A stretch of 63,860 bases of DNA, the filler included, from Basidiobolus ranarum (Eukaryota), in the NCBI GenBank assembly GCA_040143965.1. It is 31 parts of 31 records of this genome, joined end to end, with 100 filler letters (N's around TTAATTAATTAA, not from the genome) between each part and the next. Parts side by side here need not be neighbours in the genome. Positions count along the whole stretch, not along the records: positions 37,205 to 39,165 come from JASJQH010004011.1; positions 39,266 to 41,226 come from JASJQH010004012.1; positions 41,327 to 43,286 come from JASJQH010004013.1; positions 43,387 to 45,346 come from JASJQH010004014.1; positions 45,447 to 47,405 come from JASJQH010004015.1; positions 47,506 to 49,464 come from JASJQH010004016.1; 25 more parts are not named here. One strand, 5' to 3'. Of the stretch, positions 37,315 to 49,564 are shown in pieces. Within the stretch, counting starts at the first letter, position 1. Every line of letters begins with the position of its first letter. Both the position numbers and the translations under genes were made by a program. The notes under the pieces are model-generated. The model saw nothing but the letters and a program-made list of their open reading frames with translations, was not told where the DNA came from and searched no databases.

Positions 37315-38160
37315 TGTGATAATACTGCTCCTAGAGCAAAGTCAGATACATCAGTTTCAACAATGCATGGTTTGTCTAGTTTGGGGTGTGCCAGGATTGG
37401 TGCTGAGGTAAAAGCATTCTTTAAAGTTGCAAATGCTTCTTGGACATATAGGTTCAAGTCAAATGGGAGTTCTTTCTTGGTAAGGCTTGTTAATGAAGCA
37501 GGTATTTTGGAGTCATTCTTGACAAACCTTAAGAAAAAATTTGAAAATCCAACAAAGGATTGCACATCCTTCACATTCTTGTGAGTATCCCAAGACAGAG
37601 CAGCTTCAACCTTCTTGAGGTCCATGGAAATGCTTGATTGGCTGATTTTATATTCAAGGAATTCAACTTGTGTTTGTTCAAATATACATTTCTCAAGTTT
37701 AGCATACAGACCAGAGGTTTTCAACTTTTCCAGGACTTGTACAACATGAATATTATATTCTTCTTGTAAGTTTGAGATGATCAAGATATCATCAAGGTAA
37801 ATTGCCACAAATTGGTCAAGATACTCTCTGAAGGTATTATTCATCATGTGTTGGAAGACTGCAGTAGATTTGTAAAGCCAAATGGCATGACATTGTATTC
37901 AAAGTGTCCATAGCAAGTCCAAAAGGCAGTTTTCCAATTGACCCCTGGTTTGATTCTTACATGATTGTAAGCACCTCTTAAATCAATCTTTGTAAATACC
38001 TTGGCCATAGCAAGCTGATCACAGAGTGAGTTAATGAATGGCAAGGGGTTCCTATTTTAAACTGGAATGCTGTTTAGGCCTTGAAAATCAGAACAAAGAC
38101 ACAGAGAGCTAACCTTTTTTGAAACAAATAAGATTGGACAGCCTGCTGAAGACTTTGAAC
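37315..38160 (-). pseudogene. Ty3/gypsy RT and RNase H start
   Basis: [42 protein letters not shown]. Cut upstream by a CACTA-like end at 38162. Confidence 0.95.
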
Positions 38161-38161
38161 A

Positions 38162-39001
38162 CCCAAACAAAAATAAAAGTGATCTGATCTGGATTGAATC
38201 CACCCTTCTGCATTGCAAAACCAGCAGAGAGCTGTCACAATATTGGTGGCTTGCATTCTGCCAGGAATTCTGATGGTGAGATGGCAGCTTCTTGAAAGTG
38301 TTTTCAAAGTATTCATACATCATAAAGTATTCATGCCCATATTTGGCTTGTGTTGTTTACTTTCCAACAATTTTTGCAAAAAACTACTTTTTGAATGGCA
38401 AATTACTGGGTTTACTGCTATAGAATGTTTAATGAAAACACATGCCTTTACTTAGATATTTTAGGCTTTGTAATCCAGCCATAATGAGAATCAAAAAATA
38501 CAAGAATCTTGTTGTGTTTAGTCTCTACATATGCACATATTTGACTAATTGGACATTACTTACCAACATCTTTAGGGTTTACTAGCAAACAAATAGTGGA
38601 AAACTGCTAAACATCTGAAATTTTGAATAGCACTGACACTTGACAAATAGCTGACTCTTGTTACCACTCACAATGAGAATAAGCTCTTTAACTTTGGCCA
38701 ATTTCTGCAAAGAATTCTGCCAAAGTATCCGCAACTTGCAGTTAACAAATGTCCTACCACAAGTAGCTGTGTCATAGCTTTAATAGATTGCCCCAGGGCT
38801 AAAACAATAGTATCACATATCTTGACCTATCTCACCAAGAAGGCTGTCTTGCAGCTTTCCTAGAAATACCATCAAGCTATCATGCAAACAAATTAGTCCA
38901 AATTATAGATATATTTACTATGATTACATAGATTGGGTATTGTTGCAGTTCTTGTGCTCCAACAATGCTATAACCCATTAGCACATTGAAAAGAGGCCTT
39001 T
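38162..39001 (-). mobile_element. CACTA-like element transposase-side arm
   Basis: CCCAAACAAAAATAAAA start, colinear with 33747-34420. Cut by LTR-C at 39002. Confidence 0.82.
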
Positions 39002-39283
39002 TGTTGGAGGATCTTGACATAATGGGGGTAGACTTTGAGTATTAGAAGCAACTGATGATAGTGTGTTTTAGTTAGTTTATTCTTAAGAGTATATGGTGAC
39101 TTATATAGTAGAAAAGTAAATCAATTGTTTGAGATATTCAGGAGTTTGTGTAATAAGATATAATANNNNNNNNNNNNNNNNNNNNNNNNNNNNNNNNNNN
39201 NNNNNNNNNTTAATTAATTAANNNNNNNNNNNNNNNNNNNNNNNNNNNNNNNNNNNNNNNNNNNNACATTACAGAGAGTGCAA

Positions 39284-39648
39284 GCTTGGGGCTCATAACC
39301 TGTTAAAGTATTTGGGAGCCTGTTGGAAGTGGTTTGGAGAATTAGAGGAATTGGTGATTCTCACTTATTGATTTATTGAGTAGAAAGTTGACATCTATAG
39401 TTTTGTCAAGATGTAAACAAATTAACATGTAGAATATGTCAAGGAAGGTCCCAGGAACATGTGTGCAAAGTTTGGGGCTTCTAGCACAAGTTTGAAAAAT
39501 CTATATATCTGAGAACTTCTAAGTGGGTAAAAATATTCCATGTAAATTCCAATTGAGAATAATGGATAATATCTTAGTGAGTTATAAGATAACTAAGTAC
39601 TAAGCTATATATGACTATATAGATGCTTAGGCAATGTTAATTTCAGCA
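39284..39648 (-). mobile_element. Copia family B 5' LTR (39301-39648) with PBS
   Basis: Minus strand ...TACTTTAACA-GGTTATGAGCCCCAAGC. Confidence 0.9.
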
Positions 39649-39837
39649 ATAAGTGCAGTCACTGTACAAAGCCACCAGCTGCACAGAGCCTAGTGAATAT
39701 TCATAGTTATAAGAGCTCAAAAATGACTTTAGTTTTGCCCACTGAGTCTAGTGGCTGTGCCCTGCCTGAAAGTTTTAGTTACACAGCTGAAAGTTAAGAT
39801 ACTGTGGAGTTACAACAACTATATGACTAGAATGATG

Positions 39838-41226
39838 TATTGGGAAAATATGGGCTGTTTGGAAGAACTTTAGAAAAGTGGAGTTTTGAATAGCTTTTGT
39901 GAGATAAATATTTATTGTCCAGAAATGAAGCCAGTATACATTTTGGTTGAAATACAGCAAACTATCACTGGGGTTGTGTTCAGAGCATCTGTGGGAGTAA
40001 AATGAGCTATTTTTGGGGCAATTTGGATGAGTTTGAAATTTCCAATATGGAATTGCTAATTCTCATACTATTCACATATATATATAATATATGTTCCAAT
40101 TTGCAGTTAAGTGATATTTGACTAAGTAATCTTAACTAACTTATATATGATATATGAAATAGTTAGGTGTATAAAGATAGAGATACTAAATATGATCAAG
40201 ACAATAAACTTCAACACTCCCACTCAACTAAATATTCATATATCTTCATCCTAACTTAAATCTTAATTTTTCAAATTTTGGCTTGGGTAATAGCTTGGTA
40301 AGGATGTCAGCAATCATGTCCCCAGTTGGACAGTACTCTAATTGGACATGCTCATTCTCAATAGGTTTCCTAACAAAGTGATGTTGAATGTCAAAGTGCT
40401 TACTTCTAGCATGAAATTTGGGATTTTTAGATAAAGAGATACAACTGTGATTATCCTTGAAAATTATGGTAGGTGAACTTTGAAAAATGCTGAAGTCTTT
40501 GAGCAGTTTCCTTAACCACATAGCCTCCTTTGATGTATGTGATGCTGCCATGCACTCTGCTTCAGTTGTTTAAAGGGCTACGGTGGGCTGTTTCTTGCCA
40601 TTCCAAGATATGGCTGCTTCACTATAGAGAAGGGTATATCCAGTGTTATATCTTTGGAAAACCAGAGCTCTTGAATGGTTGCCTGGCTTGTTTTTCATAT
40701 ATACAACCCTCACAAATTTCCATTTTGGTTGGGGGGGTAAATTTGAATTTCAGAAATTAGGTGATTTTTGATCATTTTGCTCAAATAATCAAATCTAATA
40801 TGGCTAAATCTCTTATGCCATAATTGAATAGTTTCTTGATTGGAATAACTTATATTTACACATAAAATTTTTGGATTATATGTAAGTTAGTATAAGTACT
40901 GATCCTTTTCTCCTGAAGCTAAATAATTCCCATTTTGATCTGTGATGGTGCCACCTGATTTGTGAAAATTGAATTTTAGCCCTTCCAAGATGGTCTTGCA
41001 TTCATATATTAAGTTCTTAGCAAGATCTGGAGCATGTAGTACATCCTTAAAAGTATATACTTTCTCTTCAGAAGCTCCAGTTAAATTAACTTGAATTGTT
41101 CCCATTCCAATAGCATCCAATGTGTGGTCATCTCCCATGAAAACCTTTCTGATTGGGATTTCTTCATATTCCACAAACCAATGTTTTTCATTTGTGAAAT
41201 GTTGGGAAGCTCCAGAATCAATATAC
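39838..41226 (-). mobile_element. Copia family D internally deleted copy with 3' LTR (39838-40216)
   Basis: The protease/GAG-pre-integrase region (CEGCIY) is joined at about 40645 directly to RNase H; PPT AGTTGAGTGGGAG. Confidence 0.87.
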
Positions 41227-41476
41227 NNNNNNNNNNNNNNNNNNNNNNNNNNNNNNNNNNNNNNNNNNNNTTAATTAATTAANNNNNNNNNNNNNNNNNN
41301 NNNNNNNNNNNNNNNNNNNNNNNNNNTTCTCTTGTTGGTGTCAATATTTCTCCTCAGGGCTAAGCTTTCTGAAGCAAGTTCCATCAATTTGCATTGGGTA
41401 ATCAGCTTGAGCTGCATTTTGTGTTTGATGGAAGGGGGTTCTGAAAGTAGATGATGAAGGAGAAAAGAAAAGAACC

Positions 41477-42115
41477 ATATTTCTTTGTTATTGTCTTTCA
41501 AACAACCGGTTGTCACATTTAGCTGCCTAGTGGATAGCATCAGTCAAGGTTACTGGGTCAGCCATGGTGAGTAAAAGATCCTTAATATTTTCTCAGACTC
41601 CATATTGGAACTGGTTGATCATGGCAGATTTGCCCCAATTGAGATCACAGGCAAGAAGGCAGAATTCTGCAGCATAAGTTGATGCAGGCTTTGACCCTTG
41701 TTTAAGAGCACGGATCTTGGTGGCTGAAGTTCTTTCCTTATCTGCATATCCAAATGTGGCTTCCAGTTCAGCAAGAAAGGCAAGGAAGTTTGAATGAAGT
41801 GGAGATTGACTTTCCATAAAAGGAGCAAACCAAGATAGAGCTGTTCCTGATAATAGTGTTCCCACTAAGCCTACTTTTGTTTGGTTGGAGGGGTAGCAAT
41901 GGAGATGTAACTGAATGATGAGCTTTACTTGGTTAATAAAACCACAATAGTTTTAGTGAGTGCCATCAAACTTATTTGGTAAGGAGATTTTGGGTTCAGG
42001 AGTTGGAAGTTCAGTATAGTTGGGTGGAGCTGGATTCTGTACTTGAGCAATAGAAGTACAAAGTGCTTGATTTTCTTGCTGCAGCTGAGTAAGAGTTCAC
42101 ATAATATCTTCCATT
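41477..42115 (-). pseudogene. Ty3/gypsy (chromovirus-like) gag
   Basis: PEPKISLPNKFDG, LLSGTALSWF, IRALKQGSKPASTYAAEF, LNWG...QFQYG. A second copy lies at 33407-33746. Confidence 0.9.
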
Positions 42116-42496
42116 GTGGTGGCAGGCATAGACATAATACTTACTATGTTGTGAGGGGGAAATTTTTAAAAACCACCAGTTTCTCTGGGAAGATAATCAC
42201 AATGCAATGTACAACTTTCTGTTGAAGAAATGATTGGTGCCTTGACAAGCAAATTTGCTGGTATCAATGTCCTTTGATCTTGATCAAGTACTAAAGCTTC
42301 TTTGATCAAAAACAACTGTAAACCCAACCAGAAGTGTCTTGACAAGGATGCACTTAGAGCAATTACTCAAAGGTGGAAGGTACCTTTGCCTTAGCAGGTA
42401 GGCTTGGGAAAGATAGGGAATAAGAGGGAAGCCAACCTTGGGGGGTTTCAAGGTTGGAGAACATGGATGGAGAGAAGTCTACAGGCAAGTATAAGT

Positions 42497-43286
42497 AGTC
42501 TAATCAAACTGTCACAATAAGGAACTGGACAAGGACTGAGAACAACAACAAGAGGCTAGAAGGCAGGAGAGTACTTGTATGTAGACCACAAGACAAGACA
42601 AGACAAGACTGGACAACAAAGATACTTTGGCAAGAATCTTTATCGATGACTGGCATTGATCAGACTGAGCTCTGATCAAGGAATACATGGGGTTTATAAA
42701 GATATTACAAGACAAAACATAATAAACTCAATAGGGAATATACTGTGGAAGTTCAAGAGTTGGGGTGTTGGGGGCTACAAGGACCAATACAAAGAGGGAT
42801 GATGTAAGGATGATGTAAGGATGATCAGGTGACCTTATATGGAAGGTCTTGGTGGAAATGCACTATGTGTAGGATGACATGATTGGTTAGGTTTCATGGA
42901 ATATTCAAAAGAACATGACTTCCATATAAGGTAATCTGGACAAACTAACACAAGATTGCCAAGAAGAGATGGCACAGTGGACATGATGTCATAATCTAAT
43001 AATAGAGGAGTTCTATTTGTAGTGGATTGGTGTGCTGAGATTGGAATCATGACAGTATTCCCTTCTTTAGTGATGGCTTCTAAACATCATAGGGCCAGGT
43101 TTTTCTGGGTAGGCTTCATGAAACTCCTGGCAAAGTTCCTTGGAATTGGAAAGATTTGTTGCTGGCTCCCATGATTGATTATTTGTTGAGTGTCCTTTCC
43201 AGTCCACTAAATATTGCAACTTATGTCAATAAATTCTGGAATCTAGGATCTTGCTAACTTCATATTCAGGGTGTTCTTCCACTTGG
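42497..43286 (-). mobile_element. Chromovirus 3' end: chromodomain, PPT, LTR family E (42510-43054), PBS
   Basis: Minus translation EYEVSKILDSRI..KLQYLVDWKGH...SWEPATNL; AAAGAAGGGAA purine tract; LTR TGTCATGA...GTGACA; PBS at 42497-42507. Confidence 0.92.
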
Positions 43287-43796
43287 NNNNNNNNNNNNNN
43301 NNNNNNNNNNNNNNNNNNNNNNNNNNNNNNTTAATTAATTAANNNNNNNNNNNNNNNNNNNNNNNNNNNNNNNNNNNNNNNNNNNNATGTTGATTCAGCA
43401 ATGTTAATACAATGGTGGGCTTTGATGGAGATATTGATACAAACTTGTGTTGGGTATGAGCTAAACCTTGGGTATGAAGAACATTTTAAAACTATTCAGG
43501 AGAATATATCAAAGAGACTAGGGATTTCAAAGGTGACAAATTAGCATTCAAGTGGTAAATGTGTAAAATTTGTGTTACATTTTTCACACATGCATTGATC
43601 CATAGTTCACTGAGATTGTAGCCAATCATGAGCAACTATTTTGCAAGATCTAGAAATTTCACTCCTGAAACTGAAAAAATTGATTAAAATCATATCTAAC
43701 TTGACAATTTTATGATGGTAAATAAATGGTCAATCCCAAATGGATTAAAATTGTGATGGTTTTCCTACAATAACAATCCTCAAATTTCTGTTAGGG

Positions 43797-45135
43797 TCTA
43801 TGGCCATTCAAGAAGCTATATGGCTAAGGAGTCTTCTCCAGGAACTAGGATATGATTAAGTTAATCCTACCCCAATATATCAAGATAATATTAGTTATAT
43901 TCAGATCACCAAAAATCCTGAGCATCACTCAAGGATGAAGCATATTGACAAAAGACATCATTTTATACAAGAGAAAGTTTAAGACAAAGAAGTGAACTTT
44001 ATTTATTGTACTACTGAAAACATGCTTGCAGATATAGTAACAAAACCACTCAGAACTTCAAGCTTTGAGAAGTTAAGAGCAGGAATAGGCATCAGTGAAT
44101 ATAAGCACAATGCGGAATAAGAATTAAGGGAAGGTATTGGCTTACTAATCTTTATTCAACATTATACTTAACTTTATATACAATATATATATCAGAAACA
44201 GAAAGCAATGAATCAATAGCCCCTATATTCTAAATAGGAATATCTCTATATCTATATAACAGTATGTCTTAAGACCCCCACTTATCTATTATATTCTTTT
44301 TACACAAACTCCTGAATATCTCAAGCAATTGATTTACTTTTCTACTATATAAGTCACCATACACTTATTGGGAGAATATGGGCTGTTTGGAGGAACTTTA
44401 GAAATGTGGAGTTGTGAATAGCTTTGTGAGATAATAGTTTATTGTCCAGAAATAAAGCATTTATACTTTTTGGTGGAAATACAGAAAACTATCACTGGGG
44501 TTGTGTTCAGAACATCTGTGGGAGTAAAATGAGCTATATTTGGGGCACATTGGACAAGTTTGAAATTTCCATTATGGAATTGCTGATTCTCACATTATTC
44601 ATATATGTATATAATATATGTTCCAATTTTCAACTAAGTGATATTTGACTAAGTAATGTTAACTAACTTATATGTGATATATGAAATAGTTTGGTGTATA
44701 AAGATAGAGATTACAAATATGATAAAGACAATAAACTTCAACACTCCCACTCAACTAAATATTCTTATATCTTAATCCTAACTTAAATCTTAATTCTCCA
44801 AATTTTGACTTGGGTAGTGGTTTGGTAAGGATGTCAGCAATCATGTCCTCAGTTGGACATGCTTATTCTCAATAGCTTCTCTAACAAAGTGATATTGAAT
44901 ATCAATGTGCTTACTTCTAGCATGATATTTGGGATTTTTAGCTAAAGTAATGCAACTTTGCTTATCCTTGAAAAGTATGGTGGGTGAACTTTGAATAATG
45001 CCCAAGTCTTTGAGCAGCTTCCTTAACCACATAGCTTCCTTTGTTGTATGTGATGCTGCCATGTATTCTGCTTCAGTTGTTGAAAGTGTTATGGTGGGTT
45101 GTTTCTTGCTATTCCAAGATATAGCTGCTTCACTA
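43797..45135. mobile_element. Copia C RNase H + LTR-C (plus) truncated by inverted copia D 3' LTR + RNase H (minus), between two CACTA-like ends
   Basis: TGTTAGGG at 43789-43796; LTR-C from 44135; LTR-D at about 44366-44742; CCCTAACA at 45136. Confidence 0.85.
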
Positions 45136-45446
45136 CCCTAACAAAAACAAAATCGATTTGATCTGAATCGGATCCACTCTCCAAAATAGCAAAACTGTCA
45201 GAGAACCATCACAATATTGTTGGCTTGCATTCTGCCAGGGATTTTGATGGTGTGACGGTGGTTTCTTGACGGTATCTTGGCGGTATTCATACATGTTAAG
45301 ATATTGATCCTCAAATTTGGCATGCATTATTCAATATCCAGCAATTNNNNNNNNNNNNNNNNNNNNNNNNNNNNNNNNNNNNNNNNNNNNTTAATTAATT
45401 AANNNNNNNNNNNNNNNNNNNNNNNNNNNNNNNNNNNNNNNNNNNN

Positions 45447-47294
45447 AGCTGTTTCTAAGCAATTTAATTACACCAAGTTTACCATCTGAAAATTTCAATG
45501 CTATTCAAAAAGTGTTCAAAATCTAAATGAAAATTGGCTTCCAAGCCAAGACCTACTGCCACAAAAAGAGAAAAACCAGCAAGAACAGAGGACTTAATTG
45601 AGGTGCAGTCTAGCAGTCCACTTATGTGTTGGACCATTAAGCCTACACAACAACCCAGAATTGCTTGGGCACTTGAAAGTAGAAATCTCACAGGGAAACT
45701 GGCAAACCAAAAGACTCTGAGTGTCAGAGCTGCCATCACTTGCTCTGATAATGAGTGGTTTAACATTTTGGAAACTGTGCAGAATCTTGTCCAAAATCAC
45801 CTGGATTTGAGCCAATTTTGGAAAAACCAAAAACCAAGTATTACTCTGAAGATACTTGACTTATTTCATGTGGCTTATTCTTGGTTTTTGCAAGCAAATG
45901 GCAATTAGGCTAGTATAGGCCTATTTAAGTAACATTGCAAAAATGTTCATGATTATGAATTTGGAAAAGAAAGAAAAGCAGCTAAAGAAGTACTCAAGGA
46001 ACAGGAAGTTAGTAAACCCAAGGGAAAAGTAAAGGAGCCAGTGAGTTTGGGCTCTACTGTTCCACTTAACTAATTCTTCACACTATTTTGAAGATCTGCA
46101 TTTCCAAAGTCAGGTATAGTTCAAAAAAGGTCAATTTCACCATGGAACAAGGTATAACAGTTGGAAGAGTGCTAAATTTGGATGTTTATCCAACACCTGG
46201 CACATCTCAACAAGCCAAAACACCAGCAAATAAGACTCATGGCTCTCAAACCTTAACAGGTACTTTTCACAGTGTTGCAATTAGCCCCAACCTTTAGGGC
46301 AAGTAAAAAGCCATACAGACACTGCAAAGAACCCTCATTAGTGTCACACTACAAGGACGTACAAAAATAGTCATAGTGCTTGACAAACATTCTCAAAAGT
46401 ATGAATGGAAAAATGCAATGCAAGTCTGCAGAAAGTGGCTTCAGAAGAAGAACATTCAATTTAACATTCAGTCTGGTGTTGACCATGTAGATAACTGGGA
46501 AGAACTTAATACAGAGTACACAATATTGCAGGGTATCCACCAGATAGCTGAAAGAATGTTGATTCAGCGATGTTGATACCATGGTGGGCTTTGAATGTTG
46601 AAATTATGTAAATAGCAACTCATTATGTAGTAGTTAGTTTATTCATAATCTGATTATTTAGTACTCAATTCTGTCATTCAAAATGTATGTTTACTACTCC
46701 AATTGATAGAAATATCAATTAGATCACTTTTACCAATTTTCACTATTTTTGCAAAACTTCTCCAAATCACCTCAATTTTCACCCATGCTTAACAGGCATG
46801 TTTCTTATGATTGAAGCATGTCCAATAGTTCTATTTCATAGTAAACTATAAATAGGCCATATTCAGTTTAATCAAACTCAAGGGTCTAATTCACAAATCC
46901 AAATCTTGTCCAAAACATTTCCAAATCCCCTAAACACTTTTATCATTTATGGAGATATTGATACAAACTTATGTTGGGTATGAGCTAAACCTTGGGCATG
47001 AAGAACTCTAAAAAATAGTCAAGTGAATGCATCAAAGAGACTAGAGATTTCAAAGGTGACAAATTAGCATTTAAGTGATAATTGTGTAAAATTTGAGTTA
47101 TGTTTCTCACACATGTGTTATTCCATAGTTCTCTGAGATTGTAGCCATTCATGTGCAACTATTTTGCAAGATCTTCAAATTTCACTCCTGAAACTAAAAA
47201 AATGGATTAAAATCAAATCAAACTTGACAATTGTATGATGGTAAGTAACCAGTCAATCCCATACGGATTAAATTTGTGATGGATTTCCTACAAT
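45447..47294 (+). mobile_element. CACTA-like element ORF2 (unknown protein, degenerate) and subterminal region
   Basis: Frames 45534-45908 and 46376-46576, colinear with 1-710 and with 51623-52030 (minus). A solo LTR-A at 46596-46945 interrupts it. Confidence 0.8.
46596..46945 (+). repeat. Solo LTR family A with decayed 5-bp TSD
   Basis: TGTTGAAATTA...TTTTATCA. The empty site GGGCTTTGATGGAG is seen at about 43417; flanks are TTGAA/TTTAT. Confidence 0.88.
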
Positions 47295-49564
47295 GTACTT
47301 TCTGGCTTTCCCACTTAAAACTAAGAAGCTACTTTCATTTAATAATTGGTGTAAAGTACACGATATGGTGCTAAGAAAAGAACATCTCAGTCATGAGGGG
47401 CTAACNNNNNNNNNNNNNNNNNNNNNNNNNNNNNNNNNNNNNNNNNNNNTTAATTAATTAANNNNNNNNNNNNNNNNNNNNNNNNNNNNNNNNNNNNNNN
47501 NNNNNGTGAGGAAGGACAGAAGTAACAAAACACATGAAAAGTATAATAAGCATTGTAAGTTAAAATCAAGATCATTGCCATTGCTTCAGAGTTCAATAGT
47601 GATAGCTATGATGCACTGAAAATCAATGGTTATGTGACATGAGATGTATATATAAAGATCAATCTACTTAGTTCTGTGCACAGGTACTGCTAGAATGAAG
47701 AAATGTAGTGATGGCTCAAGAGTGTGTAATGGGCACCAGATACTAAGATGTTATTGTTTTCCTTTCTGGAGAACTCTTTGAGAGAACCCATCCCAGCCTT
47801 TAAACTGAACACTTAACCAAGCTTCCTTCTTCTTTTCAGCTGGAGGTATTGCATATAATACTGATACTTACTCTACATTCATAGTTTGAGCAGAGACTCA
47901 GCAATGTCTACCCATTTTTCTAATACTTCATTTTTGGCATCTGTGACTTGCAGTAAGCCTCATTCTGTCATTACTTCAGGATTTGCTACCCAAATTCCCT
48001 AGAGTGAAGACAAACATTGTTGATTCTTGCTACTGATATATCAGTTGTTTCTCTTCTAGCCTTGGTCTATTCCTTCCTTAGTAAGGTGGGAAACTTCTTA
48101 AACATGGACTTTCTTACTCTTGCACTTATAGTTGAATATTTACTCTAATCTTTCATATGGGTATTCCAAGTGCCAATTTACTAAGTGTCACCACTAACCT
48201 ACTTGTCAATGAATACACAACATTTGTAGATTTACTACTGCAGGTATACTTTGGGAAAGAATAGCATCTTTTAATATTTGTTATCTTTATAGATTTGGCA
48301 TCGTCTGGCATTCAAATTGGTGCCTTGGGAGCCATGCTGTGTGGTACTATGTCTACTTTGCTGAATGCTACCATTGGTGGCATGTTGTTTTGTTTTATTT
48401 TCCCAATCATCAAATTCACTTAACACAAAACTCACAACCTTGTAAGACAGCCTATTTATTAATCCTCACCCACATTTTATTGAGAAATACCAATTCAAAA
48501 CCATCATGAAAAGGGGTTATGTACTCAACAAGAGATAGTAAAAGAAAGCAGCCTAGAAGTTGTGAAGATAATGACCAATGAAGTGCTGTACAATTTTGCC
48601 AGCCTTCCTAATTTGAGTGAAACCAGCCTTACTAATCATGTCTGTGGCCATGTTTCCATACTTTGTTACAGTGCCCTCATCAAAGCAAGACTCAAGGTAG
48701 GTCAAAATTAGTACATATTGGTCATGACTTTTGAACATATATTCAAACAGAGCAAATATCTCACTTGGTAGTACATTTCCCTGAACATGGGATCAGCAAG
48801 TATATGCTACTGCACCACTAAGGAACTATAACATTTACAGGCTGTGGCATGATGTCAATCATTCTGGGCAAGTATGTAAATGTCTGTGAGCTGGTACCAT
48901 GAGTATATATATGAAAGCAGTTGGTCAGTAAGTGATCATCACCATTCTGAGTTCACTTAGGTATTGGAAAGACACTCACCTTGACAAAAATAAAATCAAT
49001 TTGATCCAGATCAGATCCACCCTTGTAAATTGCAAAACTCTCAGAGAACCATCACAATTTCAGTGGCTTGCACTCTGCCAGGGATTTTGATGGTGTGATG
49101 GCAGTTTCTTCATGGTATTTTGAATGTATTCATACAAGTTAAAATATTGATCCTCATATTTAGCATGCATTATTAGCTTCTGGCAATTTTTGTAAAAATA
49201 TAATTTTTGAATGGCAAATTACTGGGTTTACTGCTATAGGTATTCAAGTAAATATGCATGCCTTTATTTAGATATTTTTGGCTTTGTATTCCAGCCATAA
49301 TGTGAATCAAAAAATTGAAGAATCTTGTTGTGTTTAGTCTCTACATATGCACATACTTGACTGATCAGACATAACTCAACAACATCAATATGCTTTACCA
49401 GCAAACTAATGGTGGAAAAATTGCTAAACATCTGAAATTTTGAATAGCACTGACACTTGGCAAANNNNNNNNNNNNNNNNNNNNNNNNNNNNNNNNNNNN
49501 NNNNNNNNTTAATTAATTAANNNNNNNNNNNNNNNNNNNNNNNNNNNNNNNNNNNNNNNNNNNN

